Source: Giardia intestinalis
Lineage: Eukaryota
Length of the DNA stretch: 64,000 nt
NCBI GenBank assembly: GCA_000002435.2
Contig: CM018793.1
Direction: 5' to 3' (one strand)
Shown: piece by piece, positions 1 to 9,765 of the stretch
How the letters are laid out: each line of letters begins with the position of its first letter
Numbering within the stretch: the stretch's first letter is position 1
Translations under genes and position numbers: made by a program
Notes under the pieces: generated by a model
Told to the model about the DNA's origin: nothing
The model's input: only the letters and a program-made list of their open reading frames with translations
The model's database searches: none

Positions 1-2775
1 AGGCTCCACGGAAGCTATTGAAAGCTGAGGAGAAACGGGAGAAATCCCAAGACCATTGGGTGCAAATCCGATCAACAAGTTGGTGAGTGGAGCAGAGCCC
101 TTGTTGTGTACTGTTAGAAGAAGGAGAGGCTTTTGGTTCTCGCGAGTCCAGGAAATAGAGACCCCCATGACACCGTGATCGTTGACAACACGGATAGGGG
201 CGTTCTGCACAGTGGCAAACGGATAGTCCGAAGAAAAGTAGGGCAGAGAAGCAGCGAGTAACTGAGTGCTTGTGGGGGGCGCGACGGGTGGAGAGGCAGC
301 CGGAGGCATGACAAGCTCTGGCTTGTGCTCTGGAGCAGGTACCGCAGGCGTCTCCACTTTCGGAGTTATGAACGAAGCTGCATTGAAACTTGGCGCTGGC
401 TCGGTGACCGGAGGTGCAGTCGGTGCAACCGGCGCGGCAGCGGGAACAGGCTCCGATGCCGCAATGGGACCCCCAATGAGCGATGCCAGCTTGTCAGGGG
501 CTGGAGGCTGGGTAATCGGAGCTGCGGGGGTTGCAGAGCCATGACTAAGTAAATCTGTCACTGGAGCGCCAAAGGCGGGCAGATTGGTAGCAGGTTGGAC
601 TTGTCTAACTGGTGCTGTTGGAAGAGTCACGTTAGGAATCGTGTGTGCAGAGGCGAATGCTGCAGGAAGAGCCGCCGCCTCTGATGTAGCAATGCTTGAG
701 ATAGTAGTCTCGGCGGTCAGCGGAGGAGGAAGAGTACTGGAAAGTGTGTCTGTCTTCGCACCCACAATCTCGTCATAATTCACCTCCTGGATGTTAGTTC
801 CAACCGCGTCCAGAATACGGATGGCCTCCTCAACGTCAGGGCCGCTATAAACGGTATCTGTGATCATCTCACGCATTACGCAAGAAACACTACCGAGCTC
901 GCGTACGAGTGTAGCACGAATTGCATCAGGCATGCCATCCGTTATCTGTGGGGCAGCCTTCTGGGAGAAAAGCACCCCTTTAGCCGTCTGAAGAGTCGGG
1001 TCAACACCGAGGAGCCTCCAATAGAAGGAAGCGCGTTGACGAACGTCGGGTGATTCTGCTCTTTCCGTCGCCAATTGGAGCGTGTGCTGCAAGAGTCTCT
1101 GAGTATCAATGGTAGGTACATGGAGGAAAAGCTTGGTGCAAGAGGTGATAAACTGAAGCTGCACAACGGCAGGCTCATCCAGAAATGAACCCTTGAAGTT
1201 AGGATCATAGTCCTCCTCGGTTGCGGTTAAGATAGGCGACAGACCAACTAAATCCGAAATAACCTCCTCCGACCCCTCAATACGGTTGGCATACTCTCCG
1301 ATGATCCAAATGAGCGCAGCCTTTGCGTCAGGGTCATCGAGGGTAACGATGGTTTCACAGAGGATTCCAATGATGCCTTCATAACGCTCTGGGTATCGCC
1401 TGAAAATAAGCTGTGTGGCGACCATAAGCTCCTGAGCAGCATAGTCGGGAAACTTATAGTACTGGGTCTCTCGCTCGGATTCTCCTTCCTCGCCGCTTTG
1501 GCCTGTGATAAGCTTAACAAAGCGATGAACTGCTAGATCGGCCGCCGCAGGGACACGGATGGCAACCGTGCCCAGTGCACGGATGCTAGCCCGGACAAAC
1601 TGGGGGTCAACGTCTCTAGCATACTCAGAGAGCTCCATCACGACCTCCTGACAGTTCTGCGAGTCCGCCAGAAGGGCAAGCATCTCGATCTTCTCAAGCT
1701 TGATGTACAGAGGGTCGTTATACTTGACAAAGAAGAGACGGATCTGCTTACTAAAGGGATTCTCCTGCTCCTGGTTGATGAACGCAGACGCCACAAGTCT
1801 CAGGCAACGAAGAGCGATCCACTGTGACTCTGGGGACGTCGAAGAGCCAACGAAGGAGAGAAGGGGCCCAACACACATACCCTGCACCTTGTAGCACTGC
1901 TCTGTATTAAGGATGGGAGGGTCGGCGTAGATGTACTTGAGGACTAGGTTGATAGTGACAAGGCTGACAGCCGGGTTGTTGTGGCGAAGGAAGTTTGCTA
2001 AACGTTGAATGGTCGCATCTGCTTCTTCATAGTTCAGAGGCAGTTGTCCATAATTTGCAATTGCTGTTAAAATGTGCATTGCCGACCATTCAGTAGATGA
2101 TGTGAGGGCTGTCAAAAGGGCCTGAACCTCCTGCCAGTTGAATAGCATGCCGATGTCCTGGATACCAAAGATCCCGTAAAGCTGCTCCGGCGAGAGCTGA
2201 GTGGCCACGTTGACAAGAGACGAGGCGGCGGCGGCGACTACAGCCTGGTTTCCGTCTGAAAGAAGCTCCTTCAGAATCAGCAGCATATTCATTTGAATAA
2301 CCATCTCAGGAGAGATCCTATAGATCTTGGCAACAGCCGTGGCGGCGGTCTTACGAACAAAGGGATCTGCGTCACCAAGTGCCCGCCCAATAGCATTTGT
2401 AAAGACCTGTAAGGTCTCCTGGGTGCACAAGTTCCCCATAGTACGGATTGCAAGGGCACGAATAACAGCCTGCTCACGGTCTTGAGAGTCCATATCCAAG
2501 ACAGAGCCTACCTGCACGGGGGTGTCCGGATTCATCTTATGGTAGTTCAGGACGAAAAGGTATACGACTTTCTTGAGCTTTATATCCTTGGTTGCGGCAA
2601 AACGGCAAACAAGGGGAAAGATGCTGCTGACGTCGCGCCCGAGAGATAGCGCAGAAAGTATCTGGCCGACAACCTCGCGGTGATCCTCAACCTTGTTAGA
2701 GGTCTGCAATTTTTCAGACCAAAACTCCAGCTCCTCCTTTGCTGCATTCTTGTCCTTGGCCTTTGAGCGGCTCAT
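1..2775 (-). CDS. beta-adaptin (AP complex large beta subunit); C-terminal part cut by window edge
   Basis: The minus-strand frame is open from the ATG at 2775 down to position 1. It is absent from the ORF track only because no stop lies inside the window. The N-terminus reads MSRSKAKDKNAAKEELEFW...GRDVSSIFPLVCRFAATKDIKLKKVVYLFVLNYHKMNPD...IRALAIRTMG...DPFVRKTAATAVAKIYRISPEMV, which matches the adaptin-N trunk of beta-adaptins. An AT-rich initiator (AAGTATTTAAAACCGCCACAAAAAATG) precedes the ATG. Confidence 0.75.
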   Translation of the reverse strand, partial: MSRSKAKDKNAAKEELEFWSEKLQTSNKVEDHREVVGQILSALSLGRDVSSIFPLVCRFAATKDIKLKKVVYLFVLNYHKMNPDTPVQVGSVLDMDSQDREQAVIRALAIRTMGNLCTQETLQVFTNAIGRALGDADPFVRKTAATAVAKIYRISPEMVIQMNMLLILKELLSDGNQAVVAAAASSLVNVATQLSPEQLYGIFGIQDIGMLFNWQEVQALLTALTSSTEWSAMHILTAIANYGQLPLNYEEADATIQRLANFLRHNNPAVSLVTINLVLKYIYADPPILNTEQCYKVQGMCVGPLLSFVGSSTSPESQWIALRCLRLVASAFINQEQENPFSKQIRLFFVKYNDPLYIKLEKIEMLALLADSQNCQEVVMELSEYARDVDPQFVRASIRALGTVAIRVPAAADLAVHRFVKLITGQSGEEGESERETQYYKFPDYAAQELMVATQLIFRRYPERYEGIIGILCETIVTLDDPDAKAALIWIIGEYANRIEGSEEVISDLVGLSPILTATEEDYDPNFKGSFLDEPAVVQLQFITSCTKLFLHVPTIDTQRLLQHTLQLATERAESPDVRQRASFYWRLLGVDPTLQTAKGVLFSQKAAPQITDGMPDAIRATLVRELGSVSCVMREMITDTVYSGPDVEEAIRILDAVGTNIQEVNYDEIVGAKTDTLSSTLPPPLTAETTISSIATSEAAALPAAFASAHTIPNVTLPTAPVRQVQPATNLPAFGAPVTDLLSHGSATPAAPITQPPAPDKLASLIGGPIAASEPVPAAAPVAPTAPPVTEPAPSFNAASFITPKVETPAVPAPEHKPELVMPPAASPPVAPPTSTQLLAASLPYFSSDYPFATVQNAPIRVVNDHGVMGVSISWTRENQKPLLLLTVHNKGSAPLTNLLIGFAPNGLGISPVSPQLSIASVEP

Positions 2776-5312
2776 TTTTTGTGGCGGTTTTAAATACTTT
2801 GACGAATACTCCAATTTTAGAAATCACAGGGCTGCTCGGGCGCTACACAAGAATCCCTGAGCAGCACTTGCAATCTGTTTCTATTGCTCTTTATGAAAAG
2901 CTAGCCCCTTTTTCTAAGTTTACAGAAGATAGGATACAAGATAAGATCTCTGAAATAGACAGCACCTTGTCTCCAGAGTTTAGGAGACTATGTGCAAAGC
3001 TCATCAAGTCTTCTAGTCAATCCAGAGAGGCTGGGCCCAGGGGATATAGTGACCATTATAGAGCTGTTTCTTCTCTTCTGCGGGACGAGCAGGCCACACA
3101 TCTTTCTATAAAGAAAAACCCCCTTCGCTCTTTATCCTTGAATTCAGCCCGAAAGTTCTTTTGTTCAAATGGGTTGAATGCGCTCAATTCATTTGCAAGG
3201 GGTCATTCAACTCTAATTAGAACAACTACAGAAGCAACAAAGACTAAGCAGCTGGCCAATCTACCAATTACCTTACGCGCCGAAGAACTTGTGCGTCTTT
3301 TAGAAGAAAACGATGTATTGATTGTTATTGCAGAGACAGGATCCGGAAAGTCCACCCAACTTCCACAGATTCTCTACTCGCACTTCGGGTCGAGTCTCTT
3401 TATGATGGTTACTCAGCCTCGCCGCGTTTCAGCAATATCTTTGGCTCGATACGTAGACAGATGCATGTCACCACATTGTCGTCATGGGACGGCAGCATAT
3501 TCTGTTCGCTTTGAAAGTACCGTTACTCCTCATACGCAAATTACATATGCCACAGAGGGGATTTTGCTTAGGATGCTCATAGATGCAATGAAAGGCGATG
3601 AAGGGGCGATAGACATAATCCGCAAATATACCGTCTTCCTGATTGATGAAGTACATGAGAAGACAATCAATTCATATATTATTTTGTTTCTCCTTTGCAT
3701 TTTCAAAGGGCCCAAGATCCTCATCTGCTCTGCAACTGCGGAGACGGAGGCATTAAAGAAATATGTGCAGCAATTGAGCAAGAGCGTAGCTGCACTACAT
3801 GTTTGTGGCAAGACCTTTCCGGTAAAAGAGGTCTATTACGAGGATTTATACCCATCTGCACTTACGGAGCTTAATAGTAGCTTCTTTGGCCCACAGGGCT
3901 TCCTTGAGAAATGCATATCAGTCGTCCAATACCTGATTGACAATCATGCACACACACCACTGGATGGTGCCACAGCAGGATCATACCTGGTATTTCTACC
4001 AGGGAAGCAAGAAATTCACACGGCCATTTCAATGCTCAATATGGCAGAACGTAACAAACAGAGAGATGGCTCAACATACAAACTACTCCTACTACAGTGT
4101 TACTCTGGGCTGCCTGATGGGTCTATCCAACTGCTCTTTGACGCGCCTCCACCGGGGACAATAAAAATTATTTTCGCTACGAATGTTGCAGAGACGTCCA
4201 TAACCATTCCAGATGTAACGGTTGTGGTGGACTCCGGCTACTGCAAACAAATGATGTTTGACACAGAGACAGGATACTATCGCTTGGTCACAAAACGGAT
4301 ATCGAAAGCTCAGGCAGTGCAAAGAAAGGGCCGTGCAGGACGCGTACAAAAGGGAGCTGTATATAGAGCGTACACGCGGGCTATATATGCATCTCTTGAA
4401 GCCCATATCGAGCCAGAGATACTCCGGTGCGACCTTTCGTCTTCCACCTTGGCGCTCCTAACAGCAGGCTTCAGAATTGAAGACTCCTGGCTCTTAGATA
4501 GACCACCCGTTACAGCTATGGAGGCAGCTTACAGATACCTATACTCCCTTGGAGCTATATCTGACTCCATGGCCCTGACACCAATAGGGATGTGTCTATC
4601 AAAAATACCCGAAGATCCTAGGTTGGGGTCTGTACTTTTTGAAGCAGCCTCTCGCGGAACTTTGACCCCATGCGCCAGAATTGCTGCTGCCCTCTCTGTG
4701 CTCCAGAATGAGCATAGTTTCTTAATCTCTACTGCCACAGGGCCACCGGAACAGCAAGGGATAACCTTTGGGGGCTCACAAGGTGATCACTTGCTTCTTT
4801 TAAAAATCCTGGATGCTTATGCTGAGCTGAAGAAAGACCGAATAATTAGAGAGGAGTGGGCCAGGAGACATAGGCTAAGAGAACAAAAGATAATTGAGGC
4901 TCTTCAACTGGCAGAGAAGTATATCGGCTTATTAGCTGCGCTGACTGAGGTGCCAAATCCAGGTACATCTAAATCATCATACGATCGGGCCCTTACCAGT
5001 ACAACAAGTGAGATCTTACTTCCTTTCATCAAAGCAGGGCTATATAACGTACTTAGGCGCAACAGCTCTGGCCCAAGTGTAACGTACAGTAGGCTAAGCA
5101 AAGAGGACAATTCAGAGGAGATTCTTATCCACCTGTCAAGCTGCTTAAGGAACAGTGCCAACAGGTTCATTATTTGCGAAACTATTCTCAGCACAACTGC
5201 TCTATATGCATGCGTCTGTAGTCCTGTATCTGCTAAGGCATTAGCAATGCTATTTCCACACATGCTAGAGGTATATCGCGAACACCCAAAAAAGTGTTCT
5301 ATCAAGTGCTAG
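2739..5312 (+). CDS. DEAH/DExH-box RNA helicase (DHX family). The open frame has no in-frame ATG upstream of motif I.
   Basis: Helicase motifs are present: motif I IVIAETGSGKSTQLPQIL, motif II FLIDEVHEKT, motif III ICSATAE, motif VI QRKGRAGR, and HA2-like YRYLYSLGAISDSMALTPIG...PEDPRLGSVLFEA. The ORF-track start at 2739 is TTG. The first in-frame ATG is at aa ~224 (MMVTQPRR), downstream of the Walker A motif. Confidence 0.7.
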   Translation: MLHSCPWPLSGSFFVAVLNTLTNTPILEITGLLGRYTRIPEQHLQSVSIALYEKLAPFSKFTEDRIQDKISEIDSTLSPEFRRLCAKLIKSSSQSREAGPRGYSDHYRAVSSLLRDEQATHLSIKKNPLRSLSLNSARKFFCSNGLNALNSFARGHSTLIRTTTEATKTKQLANLPITLRAEELVRLLEENDVLIVIAETGSGKSTQLPQILYSHFGSSLFMMVTQPRRVSAISLARYVDRCMSPHCRHGTAAYSVRFESTVTPHTQITYATEGILLRMLIDAMKGDEGAIDIIRKYTVFLIDEVHEKTINSYIILFLLCIFKGPKILICSATAETEALKKYVQQLSKSVAALHVCGKTFPVKEVYYEDLYPSALTELNSSFFGPQGFLEKCISVVQYLIDNHAHTPLDGATAGSYLVFLPGKQEIHTAISMLNMAERNKQRDGSTYKLLLLQCYSGLPDGSIQLLFDAPPPGTIKIIFATNVAETSITIPDVTVVVDSGYCKQMMFDTETGYYRLVTKRISKAQAVQRKGRAGRVQKGAVYRAYTRAIYASLEAHIEPEILRCDLSSSTLALLTAGFRIEDSWLLDRPPVTAMEAAYRYLYSLGAISDSMALTPIGMCLSKIPEDPRLGSVLFEAASRGTLTPCARIAAALSVLQNEHSFLISTATGPPEQQGITFGGSQGDHLLLLKILDAYAELKKDRIIREEWARRHRLREQKIIEALQLAEKYIGLLAALTEVPNPGTSKSSYDRALTSTTSEILLPFIKAGLYNVLRRNSSGPSVTYSRLSKEDNSEEILIHLSSCLRNSANRFIICETILSTTALYACVCSPVSAKALAMLFPHMLEVYREHPKKCSIKC

Positions 5313-6322
5313 GTGCACATTTTAATAAAGAGGCTGATAAGCTTCCAATCTGATATCTCCGGCTTTGTTAGCTGCTGCAGAGGCGGCAGCTTCCTGTACC
5401 CCTTCTCTAGCTTCTCTAGGATCTCCCTTATGCTCTCTATATTGTCTGCCTGCCTTACGGGAAGGTTTTTCTGCGCCCACTTTTTCTTACAAAAGGCATC
5501 AATGGGTATCAAATTACACCCTGCAATCTCAGAGGAGCAAAGTGCCTCTGCTTTCTCCAGCATGGAGTCTGGTACGCCGGGGGCAAAGTGAAGATGGTAC
5601 CCAGAGGCAGTCAGCTTGATGGGGTCTGATCGTATTAGCGGTGTCTGTCCGGAGAGAAAATCATACGGCCCGATGGGCATGGGTCCCCATGCATTCATAG
5701 GAAGAATCGCCTTGAGGTCTTGATGGTAGTAGCAATACGGATCCCACAGAAAAGGACCGAGATAGAGCTGAGTTTCTTCGTATGCTTCTCTAAGAGAGGC
5801 GACAGTCGAGTCCTCTCCGTCCTCTAAACCACCCTTGGGAATAGAGTATTTGGGTCCGTGCATAAATTGGCCTCGAACAAGCAGCACTTTCGTCAAGTCT
5901 TGGTTAAGAATAACAAGAGCCGCTTTTTCACCGTTTATGCGCAGCCTCGAGTGCTCGCGAAGCTTCTTTAGACACACATCAATAAATGACTCCCAAGAGT
6001 TAGAGATGTCTTCAAAGAAAGCACGCTCTCTCATGACGGAGAGGTACGCCTTTAAGAAGCACTTAATTAGAAAGGTCTCCCGCTGGTTCTGGAATTCAGC
6101 CGCGATCTCCGGATCTTTAAGGAGCCCGTAGTTATCTAGAACATAGTAAAATGCCATAAAGAAAAGACTTATAATATGTTTAGACAGGGTGTGCCAATTT
6201 TCCTCCTCCTTGCAGAGAGCGGTGAGATTATAAAAGCGATAAATTACCTCCTTTTCTGCTATAGTAAGCGCGAACTTTGTAGGGACTTGCGAGTCTTGCT
6301 CGTCTCGCTGAGCCTTACTCAT
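5309..6322 (-). CDS. Nudix hydrolase, Dcp2-like mRNA decapping enzyme candidate
   Basis: The Nudix box is KYSIPKGGLEDGEDSTVASLREAYEETQL (G-x5-E-x7-REx2EE). It is preceded by LVILNQDLTKVLLVRGQ, which resembles the Dcp2 catalytic domain, and by a ~150-aa helical N-terminal region. I re-set the start to ATG at 6322 (MSKAQRDEQ) with an AT-rich initiator TTGAAAAATATCATCATG; the track start is TTG. Confidence 0.5.
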   Translation of the reverse strand: MSKAQRDEQDSQVPTKFALTIAEKEVIYRFYNLTALCKEEENWHTLSKHIISLFFMAFYYVLDNYGLLKDPEIAAEFQNQRETFLIKCFLKAYLSVMRERAFFEDISNSWESFIDVCLKKLREHSRLRINGEKAALVILNQDLTKVLLVRGQFMHGPKYSIPKGGLEDGEDSTVASLREAYEETQLYLGPFLWDPYCYYHQDLKAILPMNAWGPMPIGPYDFLSGQTPLIRSDPIKLTASGYHLHFAPGVPDSMLEKAEALCSSEIAGCNLIPIDAFCKKKWAQKNLPVRQADNIESIREILEKLEKGYRKLPPLQQLTKPEISDWKLISLFIKMCT

Positions 6323-6367
6323 GATGATATTTTTCAATGTTAAAGCTTGTACCGTTTTAATTTAAAG

Positions 6368-9300
6368 ATGTCCAGCGGGGGCTTTCGCCACAGTCCGGAG
6401 GATCTCAAGGCCCTAATGACGGATGCGACCGTCGAGAGCCTAAGGACGCGGTTCGAGGGCACCGACGGCCTTTTGAGGAGTCTGAAGACTACCAGTCTCA
6501 AGGGGTTATCATCTAAGGATGTCCCCAAGCATTTGGAGTATTATGGACGCAACAAGGTCGAGCCAAGACCCCCTAAGTCCTTCTGTAGGCTTTTCTTCGA
6601 GACCTTCAAGGATGTGACCATCATCATCCTCCTAATTGCCTCGATTGTTTCAATAATCGTTGGTTCCATTCCCTCACTCAGCGAAGAGGAGTACGGCTGG
6701 ATTGATGGAGTTGCAATACTGGTTGCCGTCCTGATAGTTGCTCTGGTGTCGTCAATTAACGAATTCTCTAAGGAGAAGCAGTTTCGTAAGCTTAACGCTA
6801 TAAAGAATAACAAGCAAATTAAAGTCGTAAGAGACGGAAAAGAGACAGTCGTTTCCATTTTTGACGTAGTTGTTGGTGATATTGTCGTCATGGAGCTAGG
6901 CGATCAGATTCCTGCAGACGGTGTCCTCGTCTCTTGCAATGACATGAAGTGTGATGAGTCTGGGATGACCGGTGAAAGTGATGAAATTAAAAAGGATCTT
7001 GCTGCAAATCCGTTCGTGATCGGGAGCTGCCTTGTCACTCATGGATCTGGGCGCATGGTCGTTGCTGCTGTTGGCAAGTACAGTAAGCACGGCGATATTC
7101 TTGCTACCCTTCAGGAGGAGGATGAGCAGACCCCCCTGCAAGAGAAGCTCGAGGTTCTTGCGAAGTACATCGGCTATGCTGGGATTGCTGCTGCCATTCT
7201 CACGTTCATTGTTCTGGTTTCCCGGTTCTTTGTTGATGGCCGTCAAAGCAATTCAAAGAACTTCACGCAGTGGGTCGGCTATATGATCACGTCGATCACC
7301 ATCATCGTCGTCGCCGTGCCGGAGGGCCTTCCGCTTGCTGTGACGATCTCTCTTGCGTTTTCTATGAAGAAGATGATGCGTGACCAGTGCCTCGTCCGGA
7401 AGCTTCATGCATGTGAAACGATGGGCAGTGTCAATAATATTACCAGTGACAAGACCGGAACACTTACTCTCAACAGAATGACGGTCGTTCGCATGAGGAT
7501 TGAGAACAGCTTTTACTTGAGGACAAGTGGTAAAACGAGTGCCGATGACTCCGAGTGTTCTCCAATGCCGGATGCCGAGGCGATCGCAGACAAGAAGTTT
7601 TCCAGGGGTGTTGCGGGCATTTTTGCATTGAACTCGGCACTTAACTCTACCGCCAACCTCCGTGTTGATGAGAGTAGTAAGCCTCCAAAGGGTATTAAGA
7701 GGGGCAAAGCAGCCGTGGCTGAGGAGGACGGGTCGTCTTCTATTGAGGTCATTGGCAACAAGACAGAGGGCGCGCTCTTGATGCTTTCACGCGACATGGG
7801 ATTCGACTACCAGGAGTTCAGAGAGATGCTTGTCATAGACGGACAGGCCAAGGGCGCAATCGCGCATGCCTTTGAGTTTACGTCTGATCGTAAGAGGATG
7901 TCCGTGGTTTTAGATCTGGAAAAGTTTGGGAAGACGAGTGCTGCTGAAAGCTTAAAGGGCGCTCTCGATCTAATTGACGATCGTCGTTCTTACCTTGTTC
8001 TGTCTAAAGGTGCTTCCGAGATAATGTTGGAGCGCTGCAGAAACATTCTTAAGACAGATGGGACTGTTGTGCCTCTCACAGAGAGCATGCGTTCCGAATA
8101 TGAGAAAACGATTATCTCATATGCAACCAAGTCACTCCGCACTCTTTGCGTTGCCTATAGGTCGGTTTCCAAGGTTGACGGAGACAGGAAGGAGGGTGCC
8201 ACGATGGAGGATGGTACAGTGGAGAACATCCACAACTACGCCAATGCGGATTATATTGAGAAGGATCTTACGCTGATATGCTTAGTCGGCATCATGGACC
8301 CTTTGCGCCCTGGTGTCACTAATGCCGTAGAGCGCTGCAAGCGTGCTGGAATCACTGTGCGGATGGTTACAGGCGACAACAAGATCACTGCTGTTGCCAT
8401 TGCAAAAGAATGTGGAATCCTTCCAGACGACATATCGGACGATATAATTGATAAGTACGTTACTACAGGGCCAGAGTTCCGCAAGCTTTCAGATACAGAG
8501 TTGGACGAGATCCTTGATACCCTCCGAGTCATTGCGCGTGCTGCTCCTAAAGACAAGTACCGCTTGGTCAAGAGACTGAAGCACTACAACCACACGGTCG
8601 CTGCGACGGGTGACGGATCCAACGATGCTCCCCAGCTCAAGGCTGCAGACGTGGGACTTGCTATGGGGATTGCCGGGACTGAGGTAGCCAAGGAGGCCTC
8701 CGACATAATAATTATGGATGATAACTTCCTCTCTATCGTCCGTGCTGTGGAGTGGGGTCGTGCAGTCCTTACAAATGTTCGCAAGTTCCTTCAATTCCAG
8801 CTCACTGTCAATGTTGCTGCCGTCGTCGTTGCTTTCCTCGGAGCGGCTGTTCTGGAGGAGTCTCCGCTGACTGCTCTGCAGATGCTTTATGTCAACCTCC
8901 TCATGGACTCTCTCGGTGCGCTGGCTTTAGCGACTGAAGACCCAGCTAAGAATGTGCTTGACTATGAGCCTGTCCATAGAGCTGCCAGCCTCATCGCCCC
9001 TGGCATGCTGCGCAACATTCTCATCGTCGCCTTCTATCAGATCGCTGTTATCCTTCTAATGATCTTTGGTGTGGTAGGAGACACCCTGCTCATGGTTCCA
9101 GATTCTGTTAAGTGTATACCCATGGCTGACGGCTCGTGCGCCTACAACGAGCACGGAGCAAAGGCCTACAGGTATACGTGCATATACAATTTCTTTATAT
9201 TCGCCCAGCTTTTCAATGAAATCAGTTCGAGGCGTATAAACAATGAGCTCAACGTCTTCTCTGGCCTCCACAAATCACCCATGTTCATCTTAATCTTCCT

Positions 9301-9655
9301 CGGTACGGTCGGTATGCAACTCATTATTATGCTTGCTCCTGGTGTCCGTTATATCTTCCATATCTTCGACTGTAGTGAGAACCACCAGAGCTACTGTGGG
9401 AATAGCCATGATCACGGTATCCTCTGGCAGTCGTGGGCCATCACCTTGGCCTTTGCACTCTTCACTGTATTTGTCCACCTCTTTGGAAGGCTGAAGAAAC
9501 TGAAGCCTGAGTTCAAGGTTAGTGAGAAGGCAGCCAAGAGGGCCATGGAGAAGAAGAACGCTCGCGCGGCTAAGAGAGAAAAGAAGGCCGACAAGGAGAA
9601 AAGGGCTGGTAAGGCGGAGGCGAAGAAACTTCTCGAGCCATCTGGTAGCGACTGA
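6368..9655 (+). CDS. Plasma-membrane-type Ca2+-transporting P-type ATPase (P2B/PMCA-like)
   Basis: All P-type motifs are present: TGES (SGMTGESDEIKK), phosphorylation site ITSDKTGTLTLNRMTV, KGASE, MDPLRPGV...MVTGDN and hinge TGDGSNDAPQLKAADVGLAMG. The segment VAVPEGLPLAVTISLAFSMKKMMRD is near-identical to the PMCA consensus. The first ATG has an AT-rich initiator (TTTTAATTTAAAGATG); the track start at 6347 is TTG. Confidence 0.85.
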   Translation: MSSGGFRHSPEDLKALMTDATVESLRTRFEGTDGLLRSLKTTSLKGLSSKDVPKHLEYYGRNKVEPRPPKSFCRLFFETFKDVTIIILLIASIVSIIVGSIPSLSEEEYGWIDGVAILVAVLIVALVSSINEFSKEKQFRKLNAIKNNKQIKVVRDGKETVVSIFDVVVGDIVVMELGDQIPADGVLVSCNDMKCDESGMTGESDEIKKDLAANPFVIGSCLVTHGSGRMVVAAVGKYSKHGDILATLQEEDEQTPLQEKLEVLAKYIGYAGIAAAILTFIVLVSRFFVDGRQSNSKNFTQWVGYMITSITIIVVAVPEGLPLAVTISLAFSMKKMMRDQCLVRKLHACETMGSVNNITSDKTGTLTLNRMTVVRMRIENSFYLRTSGKTSADDSECSPMPDAEAIADKKFSRGVAGIFALNSALNSTANLRVDESSKPPKGIKRGKAAVAEEDGSSSIEVIGNKTEGALLMLSRDMGFDYQEFREMLVIDGQAKGAIAHAFEFTSDRKRMSVVLDLEKFGKTSAAESLKGALDLIDDRRSYLVLSKGASEIMLERCRNILKTDGTVVPLTESMRSEYEKTIISYATKSLRTLCVAYRSVSKVDGDRKEGATMEDGTVENIHNYANADYIEKDLTLICLVGIMDPLRPGVTNAVERCKRAGITVRMVTGDNKITAVAIAKECGILPDDISDDIIDKYVTTGPEFRKLSDTELDEILDTLRVIARAAPKDKYRLVKRLKHYNHTVAATGDGSNDAPQLKAADVGLAMGIAGTEVAKEASDIIIMDDNFLSIVRAVEWGRAVLTNVRKFLQFQLTVNVAAVVVAFLGAAVLEESPLTALQMLYVNLLMDSLGALALATEDPAKNVLDYEPVHRAASLIAPGMLRNILIVAFYQIAVILLMIFGVVGDTLLMVPDSVKCIPMADGSCAYNEHGAKAYRYTCIYNFFIFAQLFNEISSRRINNELNVFSGLHKSPMFILIFLGTVGMQLIIMLAPGVRYIFHIFDCSENHQSYCGNSHDHGILWQSWAITLAFALFTVFVHLFGRLKKLKPEFKVSEKAAKRAMEKKNARAAKREKKADKEKRAGKAEAKKLLEPSGSD

Positions 9656-9765
9656 TTCCTTGTCCCATCCTAGTAGGTCTGATAACCTAAGCATTTAGAG
9701 TAAAGGACTTTCTTTTATATTATATTGTTAGTGAGAGTTGACAAAGAAGGGGGTTATGTAAAAAA

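Noticed and set aside
6347..6367. ORF-track starts that use TTG or GTG (6347, 2739, 12132, 13876, 37812, 38718, 42097, 42091, 53637, 55399, 56969)
   Set aside because: The track evidently allows bacterial alternative starts. Giardia uses ATG preceded by an AT-rich initiator, so starts were moved to the first such ATG. The exceptions, the helicase and VSP2, are reported as findings.
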